From contig CAZCQJ010000003.1 in NCBI GenBank assembly GCA_964500865.1, positions 33,812 to 73,328 of the forward strand: a stretch of DNA of 39,517 bases. Reading direction: 5' to 3'. A model generated the notes under the pieces. That model did not search any database. It was not told where the DNA came from and saw only the letters and a program-made list of their open reading frames with translations. The position numbers and the translations under genes were made by a program. Source of the DNA: an uncultured Bdellovibrionales bacterium (GTDB lineage: Bacteria > Patescibacteriota > Minisyncoccia > Moranbacterales > UBA1568). This document shows positions 12,326 through 20,150 of the stretch, in pieces. Position 1 is the stretch's first letter; each line of letters begins with the position of its first letter.

Positions 12326-13960
12326 ATGCAAAAGACTCTCCTGGCCGCCATTCTATTTACACTCCCCTTTTCCCTACGAAAAGTACTTTTTGTGACGAAT
12401 CCACTAGCCCCGGGAGTATTCAACGAATACATGGACACCAGTGTTTTTCTTTTCGATATCCTTATTTTCCTTTTTGTTACTTATATTATATTAGAACATA
12501 TTTTGATATACAAGTCAAGTTCATGGGGATGGGTACGTGGAATGTTCCACGTGGAACAATTCTCCCCTACACAAAAAATGTTCCACGTGGAACATTTTTT
12601 TATCGCTTTGATTCTAGGTCTCAGCACTATTCTTTCCGTGATTCTTTTTGGGAGCTTTTTTCAATTATTTATTCTCGCAAAAATAGTACTCTACGGGATC
12701 TTCTTTCTCTTTGTTTACAATATCCTATTCTCGGATGTTCCACGTGGAACATTTATACACAAAAATACAGTCCAGAATGTTCCACGTGGAACATTCTTTC
12801 GTTATTCCAGTAACTATATTTGTTCCACGTGGAACAAATTAATCAAATCTACGTCAACAAACTGTTCCACGTGGAACATTTTACAGATCATTCTTTTCAT
12901 CAGTACTATTTCTCAAATACTGCTTGGTATTATACAATTACTCCTTCAGAGATCCATTGGTCTGCGCTGGCTCGGTGAACAAGTTCTTAACGTCAATATT
13001 CCTGGAGTTTCAACTATTATTATTAACAAGGTTGAATTCTTACGAGCCTATGGCACCTTTCTGAATCCAAATATCTAGGCAGGATACCTTATATCTAGCC
13101 TATTACTATTCTTTTTACTTAAAAAATGTTCCACGTGGAACAATGGAGATCCTTTTTCCACAATAAATGTTCCACGTGGAACATTTATACACGAGAATAC
13201 AACTGAAGATGTTCCACGTGGAACAATGGAGACTCTTTTTATTGGTATTATTGGTATCGGTATTATTATCTCTTTCTCTAAGGTGGCCTGGCTTGTTTAT
13301 GGATTGTTTCTTATTGAACATTTTTGGAATGTTCCACGTGGAACATTCTTTTCAAAACTAAATACTAACATTGTTCCACGTGGAACAATTCTTAAAAAAG
13401 TCACTGACTTTTGTTCCACGTGGAACACTCGTAAAATATTGCTCAAAAAATGTTCCACGTGGAACATTTTGATATTTTCTCTCATTATTCTTGGGGGAGT
13501 ATTCTTCCTTTCTCAAATAGACTTCTACTATTATATAGTACAACCTATATTAGAACGTAAATTACAGTATTTGTCAATACTTAGTATACCGAGTCTACAT
13601 ATATGGCTTGGCTCTGGCTTTGGAGGCTACATCTCGTGGCTGAGCACTTCGGGATTAGTAGAGGAGAGCTTCCAGTTACAGCCAGTGCATAATTTCTTCC
13701 TCATGGCCCTCCTTGAAGTCGGTATTCTTCCTATTCTTACCCTTCTGTTCTTTTTTTGGCAGGGGATACGCCGGTTTTTGAAAAACACTCTCACTATCGC
13801 AAAGGAGGCTGGAGTACAGTCTTTAATCTTTGGTGTAGTTCTTCTTGGCTCCTTTGATCACTATTTTTGGGATATTGAAGCAACCCAAATTATCCTTGGG
13901 TTTATACTCGTGATTTTTGTAGGTATCTCTAAAAAAACGTTGTACAAAAATAGTCAGTAG
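12326..13960 (+). pseudogene. Wzy/O-antigen-ligase-like membrane protein. One 545-codon frame with four palindrome-array insertions and one in-frame TAG (13076-13078)
   Basis: ORFs 12326..13078 and 13226..13960 share a frame, and I translated 13079-13225 without a stop. Wzy_C-like segments: RAYGTFLNPNI*AGYL, SFSKVAWLVYG, GSGFGGY, PVHNFFLMALLEVGI, which parallel the paralog at 17244..18497. Confidence 0.65.
12543..13466. repeat. 13 identical copies of the 16-bp palindrome TGTTCCACGTGGAACA (parS-like) in 4 clusters
   Basis: 16-mer starts: 12543, 12579 | 12736, 12778, 12821, 12863 | 13127, 13168, 13210 | 13330, 13372, 13412, 13451. Within-cluster spacings are 36; 42, 43, 42; 41, 42; 42, 40, 39. 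No other copy in the window. It differs at one base from B. subtilis parS, TGTTCCACGTGAAACA. Confidence 0.9.
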
Positions 13961-13981
13961 GGTGTATAATAAAAGAAAAAG

Positions 13982-14950
13982 ATGATGAAAGAGAAAAAAA
14001 TTTCCCTCGTTTTGTATATAGTGTTAGTAATTGGTACTTTTTTTGTTTGGTCTTCCTTCCAAACTGTTCGTGGTGAAAGTATTTTTACCGATAGCGATCA
14101 AGATGGTCTTTCAAACGAAGAGGAGCGCCTCTATAAAACAGACCCTCAGAAGAGAGACTCCGATGGTGACAGCTACTCGGACGGTGTAGAAATAAAGAGT
14201 GGCTACGACCCACTCAAGCCAGCGCCTGGCGATAAGATCTTTATAGCTGCCGCTGACATAAGTCGAGCAGGGGAACAAGCGGTAGCAGGGGATAAAGAAA
14301 ACCTCACAAAAGCACTCTCTCAAGAAATTGCTTCCGTAATCACTGAGAAAGGCGCTTCTGGTGAAGATGTTTCGGTAACAGACCTTGATGTCCGTATCCA
14401 AGAACTTCTCAGTGGAAAGGGCTCTGAGGTAGTGCTTCCTCCGATTGACGTAAAAGGACTTCGCATTAAAAACCCAATCTCAAAAGATCTTTCGGATGAA
14501 GAAAAGAAAGTGAAGGAGAAGGAGCAAGCTGTAAAGTACTTGACATCCATGGCCTATATTTTTGCCAATAACTCTCCTCAAAAATTCTCATCAGAAACCG
14601 AACTTGGAACATCACTCGACACACTCTCTACTCAGGTGATGGGAGCCTTCTCTTCTGGGAATAGCGAAATGATCCACGTGCTTGCCGAAAATGGACGCCG
14701 CACCATAGAAGAAACCCGTGACGTAGAGGTTCCAGAGAGCATGCTACCCTTACACATCAAGGCGCTCCAACTTTCTCAGTACGCCATATCTTTAGAGGAT
14801 GAAGTAAAAACAAATACTGGCGATCCACTGCGTGACATTTCATCTATGATGAAAGTTCAGAGTCTCCTTGCTGCAAGTGCCAGTTATATAGCTGAGCTTC
14901 AACAAAAAATGCAGGAGTACGGTATTACTGACTTGCCTGTTTCTCTCTAA
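13982..14950 (+). CDS. Membrane-anchored/secreted protein with thrombospondin-type-3-like Ca-binding repeats
   Basis: N-terminal TM helix, then DSDQDGLSNEEE..DP.KRDSDGDSYSDGVE. Confidence 0.6.
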   Translation: MMKEKKISLVLYIVLVIGTFFVWSSFQTVRGESIFTDSDQDGLSNEEERLYKTDPQKRDSDGDSYSDGVEIKSGYDPLKPAPGDKIFIAAADISRAGEQAVAGDKENLTKALSQEIASVITEKGASGEDVSVTDLDVRIQELLSGKGSEVVLPPIDVKGLRIKNPISKDLSDEEKKVKEKEQAVKYLTSMAYIFANNSPQKFSSETELGTSLDTLSTQVMGAFSSGNSEMIHVLAENGRRTIEETRDVEVPESMLPLHIKALQLSQYAISLEDEVKTNTGDPLRDISSMMKVQSLLAASASYIAELQQKMQEYGITDLPVSL

Positions 14951-14954
14951 GTTT

Positions 14955-16001
14955 ATGCAAAAACAAAATATCATTCGAAACATCCTTCTTACCATAACCC
15001 TCTTTTGTTTTTCGGCATCACCCGCTTTAGCTTGGGGAGATGGTATTCCGGGCGCACTGGTAAACCAGAGCATTCAGAGGATTCGAGAGGGAATCACCGG
15101 AACCATTCTTGGGGCTGTCAAAGCTGCTGCGGTATCTTCCATTATTAATCAGGTAGACCGACTGGTCGGTGGCGTTGGTGGCACTTCTCCGCGCATGATC
15201 CGTAGCTACGATGACTTTCTTCGTCAAAAACCAACTCTTGAAGCACAGACATACGTGTACAACTTTTTAACAAAGGCCTACCGCGGAAAGAGCTCGACAA
15301 CAAACTACGTCTCTGCGAATGGTGACGCGAGCGCCATACGTGGCAACAACGCAACCCTCCTACAAAATGCTGCTTTAAAGAGCGTCCAGAAAAGACCCTA
15401 CCAGTATGACCTCGATCAGTACTGTAAGAATGCTGATAAAGCATTTGCCGAGGATGACTGGCGATGCATGGATGCCATGTTCTCGAATCCTGCAAACAAT
15501 GTATACGGGGCCTCGCTTCGAGCGGAGGCAGAATATATGGCCATGCGTGATGAAATCCGTTACCAAAGACAGATCCTCGCAACCTCTTCTGGATTCCTCC
15601 CAAGTGTTGATGCGCGCGGTAACGTAGTGGCTCCCTCAAGTTCTATCGGGGCCTTATTTAACGATGCGAATACTCTTGCAAGCAAGATTATTACAAATGC
15701 CAAGAACCCGGAAGAGCTTGTAAGTGGTGTTGTCTTTGCTCTCGTGAATCGCTCTATTAATACAATTGCCTATAAGGCTGCCGGCGCTGTCGAAAATGTA
15801 GTCGACAAAACAGTTGGTAAGGCGGTAACCGAAATTAACCGTCTGGCTGGTGACGTTGGTAATACTATCCGTACTGTGGATGGTTATATTCTTACTGCTG
15901 ATGGCTACATTACCGAGGCCGGCTATCAGAAAGAACAGCTCAATGCTCTAAGGCAGAACGCCAATACTTCAACTACGCCGCCGCCCGCAGCAAAACAATA
16001 G
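14955..16001 (+). CDS. Secreted hypothetical protein
   Basis: Signal peptide LLTITLFCFSASPALA. No motif recognised. Starts 5 nt after the upstream gene. Confidence 0.55.
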   Translation: MQKQNIIRNILLTITLFCFSASPALAWGDGIPGALVNQSIQRIREGITGTILGAVKAAAVSSIINQVDRLVGGVGGTSPRMIRSYDDFLRQKPTLEAQTYVYNFLTKAYRGKSSTTNYVSANGDASAIRGNNATLLQNAALKSVQKRPYQYDLDQYCKNADKAFAEDDWRCMDAMFSNPANNVYGASLRAEAEYMAMRDEIRYQRQILATSSGFLPSVDARGNVVAPSSSIGALFNDANTLASKIITNAKNPEELVSGVVFALVNRSINTIAYKAAGAVENVVDKTVGKAVTEINRLAGDVGNTIRTVDGYILTADGYITEAGYQKEQLNALRQNANTSTTPPPAAKQ

Positions 16002-16007
16002 CTTCTT

Positions 16008-16037
16008 AAAAACCCGGCCTCAATACGCCGGGTTTTT
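16008..16037. terminator. Bidirectional terminator
   Basis: 11-bp stem AAAAACCCGGC/GCCGGGTTTTT. Confidence 0.65.
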
Positions 16038-16084
16038 AATATCTTCTTCCAGGGATGAGTATCTCGTATTTTTCCTCTCCAAAA

Positions 16085-17365
16085 TTACTCCTCTTTTTTT
16101 AAAGGGTGCAACAAAAGGAATAAGGGGAGAAAATAGACCAATGCAAGGGCGTTCCCAAAAAGAGGAGTGTCGAAGATTCCGTAAGAAAATATCCCTACAA
16201 ATATTCCAGCCAGAACCTTTTCTTCTTCGGAAATATCTCTCCTCTCTAAAGAACGTATCGCTTGAATCCAGAAAAAAAGCATGCTTAACAAACCAAAGAG
16301 CCCTCCCTGGAGCCACAGTGCCAGCACTAAGTTATGCGGCTGAGGCACTGCCCATTCAAGATATGGCGGAAAAAGCGGTTGTAGATAAAGGTATTCTTGC
16401 TGAAAATTTCCCAGACCGATACCTATCACCGGATGTTCTACAATAAGTACTCCGGCACTGCGCCAAATCATCATACGCGAAGCAAATGATGAGCGAGCAT
16501 CTGTCTCTGTAAGAGTAACGAGCTTTTCCTGAAACGTAGCAAACATAAGGATCGCTACAATAAGCATACTCACAAGCAGTCCCCTTGGAGCTCTACATAC
16601 ATTCCCTAACTGGCGAATCCCCAAAAAGCTATACGTAAGAATACTTGCCAAAACAGCCGCAGAGCTCCCAGCAGAGCGTGTTAAAAAAATACCCATTGCT
16701 ACACTCAGAATCAGCGCGACAGCAGTTTGTCGTATCCAGAAAGTCGGGCGTGTTTTAAACATCCACAAGGAAAGCAGTACCCCCGGAAAAAGAAAAAAAC
16801 CAAGGAAGTTTGGGCTCGTAAATACGCCCTCAAGACGACCATCGAAAGTACGTATCCCCAGCACGAGTGCAGGGAGAGTTGCAAGCAAAACGCCGACAAT
16901 GCCCATTATCCAAATAACAAGCGCCTTTTTGTTTCGGCTACTGTCCGTCTGATATGCTACCGCAAAAAGAAGTGTGGCCACCATTGGAAGAATAATCCAT
17001 GATTTTAACAATCCCCAGGCAGTTGCCGACGGAGAAAAAAGTATTCCCAAAAGGGTGCTTAAAATAAAAAGGGCTACTCCTATAGCTACACTCCTCCTGT
17101 ATTCTTTTTGAATTATCCGATGACGACATACTAAGATGTACCCACTCAGTACAAGAAAAACACTATCCAATAGGTACACGGGGAGCGCCGGAAAAACACG
17201 ATTATTCGCAAGAGGAATAAGTAAAAATGCAATGAGCAAAAAACTATACGGTGTCTTGAGGAGTTGATTCCACATAAAGCAGGGCAAGAAGGGCCAGAAA
17301 AAGCGGAGTGATATGAACAGAGAAGAGGGGATTTTCAAAAAGTGACTGTGCAAAAAATAGTACAA
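16085..17365 (-). CDS. O-antigen ligase (Wzy_C) family membrane protein
   Basis: Polytopic membrane protein. LTRSAGSSAAVLASI, GIGLGNF and PHNLVLALWLQGG are Wzy_C-like. The start could be the internal Met at 17275. Confidence 0.7.
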   Translation of the reverse strand: MYYFLHSHFLKIPSSLFISLRFFWPFLPCFMWNQLLKTPYSFLLIAFLLIPLANNRVFPALPVYLLDSVFLVLSGYILVCRHRIIQKEYRRSVAIGVALFILSTLLGILFSPSATAWGLLKSWIILPMVATLLFAVAYQTDSSRNKKALVIWIMGIVGVLLATLPALVLGIRTFDGRLEGVFTSPNFLGFFLFPGVLLSLWMFKTRPTFWIRQTAVALILSVAMGIFLTRSAGSSAAVLASILTYSFLGIRQLGNVCRAPRGLLVSMLIVAILMFATFQEKLVTLTETDARSSFASRMMIWRSAGVLIVEHPVIGIGLGNFQQEYLYLQPLFPPYLEWAVPQPHNLVLALWLQGGLFGLLSMLFFWIQAIRSLERRDISEEEKVLAGIFVGIFSYGIFDTPLFGNALALVYFLPLFLLLHPLKKEE

Positions 17366-18497
17366 GACTTACCATAACCCAAGTACTAGAAGCTACTGGT
17401 AGTGTAGCAGACTTTTGGCGCTGCGCGAACACGGCTACAAGTAGACCGAGGAAAAGTATCAGTCCCACAAACCCGATTTCCACGGCAATATCAAAATACA
17501 TATTGTGCACATAGATTGGTTCTCGGAATTCGGCCGTCGGCTTTACAAGAAGCGGATAACTTCCCAAGCCAACGCCGGCGAATGGCATTACTTGAATATT
17601 TACTACTGCCTCCCGCAAAAGCCTCACTCGCTCACTCACTGATCCATCTTCTAACGAAAAGCTTGAAGCAAAGCGGCTCGCCACAGGGCTAAACATAAAT
17701 ACACTTACACCAAGAACAACAAATCCTGTACGGAGCGGTGTGACGTAACGAGTCAACAGGGAACGACTCTGCCACATGGCGTATACAGTTGCTATAATCA
17801 GACCAACGTAACCTGAGCGAGAGAAAGAAAGACCGAGCGCAGCAAACATCATGCTGCCAAACAACACCCTTTTCCAGAGCGCAAAACGACGACTCTGCCA
17901 CAAGACCAATGGCAACAACATGCCGACAAAATAGGCAAAAATATGCGGGTCAGGAAAAAATGCCGAGGCTCGTAGTAGAGTCACTCCGTGAATATTTACC
18001 AAAAGACTTGGGTACTCCGCGAGAGTGTTCCCGAGACCACCCCCAACAAAAAAGGCGAGTGTATCTACCCAGAAATGGAAAAGTTGACCGACAGGCAATA
18101 CTAATTGTAGCGAAAATTGAAAAAGCCCTATACCTGCTGCCAGTAGACCTGCAAAAAAAAGTGAGCGATACAGTATCAGACGTAGATATTGCTCACGAAA
18201 GACATCAACAAAAACTAAAAAAAGTGGGAAGATATTCCACCAAAAGGCTACCTTGCGTATGGCCCACATGGGATTTAGTGCCCAAAACACAGAAAGTGTC
18301 GCCCACAGTAAAAAGGCTGACCAAAAGAAGAGGACGGTTGGCTGTGGCAAAAAGAAGCGTCTCTGAATGAGATTTTTGGCCAACCAAAAAAGAATCCATG
18401 CCAATGCCAGTATACGTACCATGGGCACCCCCCAAAGGGCAAACCACACTGGCAGTAGAGCAAAGAAAAAAACTACGAACCACTTATGAACGACCAT
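17244..18497 (-). CDS. O-antigen ligase (Wzy_C) family membrane protein
   Basis: SFSRSGYVGLI, GVGLGSY, VHNMYFDIAVEIGF. Start set to ATG 18497 (MVVHKW). The track's longer N-terminus overlaps the GT2 gene. Confidence 0.75.
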   Translation of the reverse strand: MVVHKWFVVFFFALLPVWFALWGVPMVRILALAWILFWLAKNLIQRRFFLPQPTVLFFWSAFLLWATLSVFWALNPMWAIRKVAFWWNIFPLFLVFVDVFREQYLRLILYRSLFFAGLLAAGIGLFQFSLQLVLPVGQLFHFWVDTLAFFVGGGLGNTLAEYPSLLVNIHGVTLLRASAFFPDPHIFAYFVGMLLPLVLWQSRRFALWKRVLFGSMMFAALGLSFSRSGYVGLIIATVYAMWQSRSLLTRYVTPLRTGFVVLGVSVFMFSPVASRFASSFSLEDGSVSERVRLLREAVVNIQVMPFAGVGLGSYPLLVKPTAEFREPIYVHNMYFDIAVEIGFVGLILFLGLLVAVFAQRQKSATLPVASSTWVMVSLVLFFAQSLFENPLFSVHITPLFLALLALLYVESTPQDTV

Positions 18498-19278
18498 ACG
18501 GATAGAAAAATCGATATATAGCTTGCAATCCAATAAAGAGAGTGCGCGTAGTAGGGGACCAGTGCTTATGGAGGTACCGTCGAAGTGAGGTGTCATAGTA
18601 CTGTTTCTGAGAACGGCGTCCTGTGTGACTCTTCCCAGAAAAATGAGTGAGCGAATAGGCTGTTTCGTAATAAACCCGAGACCCGTTCCGGTTTGCCCGA
18701 AGACACAAATCCATATCCTCGAAGTAAAGAAAGAACTGCTCGTCAAAGCCGTTGAGTTGCCGGAAAAGATCCGCACGAATAGCAAAAGCGGCACCGCTGA
18801 CCCAGTCAACAAGACCTGCTGGTCTATAGCGTGTACGCCAGAAAACGCGTCGTAGAGAATTCTTAACTGTCAAAAAGGTGCCCGCACTAAAGGCTTCTGG
18901 GTTACCTTTTGATGTTCGCAAAGAAACACCTACTACACCAATAGCATTTTCTTTGTTAAAAAACTCTCTCAACCGCTGAAGAAAAGCTTCCTGCCAGCGA
19001 GTATCTGGATTCACAAAGAACAAGATATCTCCTGTTGCGAGCGTAGCCCCTCTGTTGGCAGCAGTCGCGAAACCACCGTTGTCATTTGCCTGATCCACTA
19101 ATATCTGCGGAAATTCACTCTTCATAAGCTCAAGAGCAGACGCCTCATCTCGGTCATTGTTAACAATAATGACTTCAAAAAAAGCCTCTTTTTCATATAA
19201 AAAAAGGCTTTTCAGCGATGCTCTCAGCAGCTGACTACTGCGATAGTTTACGAAAATACAACTTATCTTTGGAACCAT
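18484..19278 (-). CDS. Family 2 glycosyltransferase
   Basis: VNYRS...IIVNNDRDE...NGGFATAANRG......FVNPD. Confidence 0.8.
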   Translation of the reverse strand: MVPKISCIFVNYRSSQLLRASLKSLFLYEKEAFFEVIIVNNDRDEASALELMKSEFPQILVDQANDNGGFATAANRGATLATGDILFFVNPDTRWQEAFLQRLREFFNKENAIGVVGVSLRTSKGNPEAFSAGTFLTVKNSLRRVFWRTRYRPAGLVDWVSGAAFAIRADLFRQLNGFDEQFFLYFEDMDLCLRANRNGSRVYYETAYSLTHFSGKSHTGRRSQKQYYDTSLRRYLHKHWSPTTRTLFIGLQAIYRFFYPYGRS

Positions 19279-20116
19279 ACGTACGGAAGTAGTCTGTATA
19301 CGCCTGTTTTACGCTTGCAGCATCAGGAAGCCCCATCCAAACTTTCACGAAGTTCACAAGTCTTCGTATTATAACATACACACTAAGGTACGGTCGAAAA
19401 AGCACCGGGGTGTGCAGCGCAAAGAAAAGTAGTCCGCTCCTCACTACAAAGTACCACTTTTGGCTATTCTCAGAGCTTTTTTCCTGATGAATAACTCGTG
19501 CTGTAGGCACCACAAAAAGATCTACCTTCTTTTCTCTGGCTCGCCAAGAGAAATCGGCGTCTTCGTAGTACAAGAAAAACCGTTCATCAAGAAGGCCGAC
19601 TTTTTGCACTGCGCTCCTATGCAAAAAAAGTGCGCAGCCCGTCAAAAAGTCAGTCTTGTAGGGGATACTCCCTTCCGTCTGCCGTGCAGTATGCTCTACT
19701 CGCATCTGCCAAAAGTTAACTCGACCACCAGCAAACCACTCCTGCCCAACGGAATCAAGAATCAAGGGGCTCATCAGACAGGCTCCGTAAGATTTATGAG
19801 CAGCCAAAAGAGCAGGGAGCGTCCCTACTTCAACGGTGGCATCAGAGTTCATAAGCCACGTAAAGTCGTACTTCTCAGCAATACCAATATACAACCCCTC
19901 GTTCATACCGGCCGCGAAACCGCCATTTTCTAAACGAGCGAGAAAACGATATTCCGGAAACTGATTTTTTGCCTGCTGAAAAGAATCATCCGTAGAAGCG
20001 TTATCCACTACCAAAACATCTGCGCCCTGAACAAGCGTTACCCGCAAAGAGTTCAGGCAGCCCAAAAGGCAATCCCTACCATTGTAATTTAAAACGACTA
20101 TAAGTACGCGGGGCAT
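19235..20116 (-). CDS. Family 2 glycosyltransferase (rhamnosyltransferase-like)
   Basis: VVLNYNG...VVDNASTDDS...NGGFAAGMNEG......NSD...YYEDADFSWR. ATG at 20116. Confidence 0.8.
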   Translation of the reverse strand: MPRVLIVVLNYNGRDCLLGCLNSLRVTLVQGADVLVVDNASTDDSFQQAKNQFPEYRFLARLENGGFAAGMNEGLYIGIAEKYDFTWLMNSDATVEVGTLPALLAAHKSYGACLMSPLILDSVGQEWFAGGRVNFWQMRVEHTARQTEGSIPYKTDFLTGCALFLHRSAVQKVGLLDERFFLYYEDADFSWRAREKKVDLFVVPTARVIHQEKSSENSQKWYFVVRSGLLFFALHTPVLFRPYLSVYVIIRRLVNFVKVWMGLPDAASVKQAYTDYFRTYGSKDKLYFRKLSQ

Positions 20117-20150
20117 AAGACAATGTGGGGAATCCCTGGGTTCCTTCGCT

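Noticed and set aside
13076-13078. In-frame TAG as evidence for stop-codon reassignment
   Set aside because: TAG terminates other well-supported genes here (ends at 13960, 16001, 26702), and TGA and TAA are also used as stops. All conserved genes translate full-length under the standard code.
12543-13466. Regularly spaced identical repeats resembling a CRISPR array
   Set aside because: - The repeat is only 16 bp and a perfect palindrome, and the spacers are 20-27 nt.
- Several spacers are related to each other.
- The copies are split into four clusters separated by Wzy-like coding segments, and everything lies in one reading frame.
- No cas genes or leader are present in the window.
12177-13543. 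Alternative-frame and antisense ORFs (12177..12395, 12205..12813, 13115..13321, 13167..13361, 13297..13485, 13358..13543)
   Set aside because: They are artefacts of the stop-free palindrome, which reads VPRGT/FHVE/STWN on both strands, and of AT-poor-in-stop spacers. Only the 12326/13226 frame shows Wzy-like membrane-protein segments.
17244-18812. Long 522-aa version of the second Wzy-like gene
   Set aside because: The first 105 codons overlap the GT2 gene (18484..19278) in another frame and look non-protein-like. ATG 18497 (MVVHKWF...) gives a normal 14-nt overlap.
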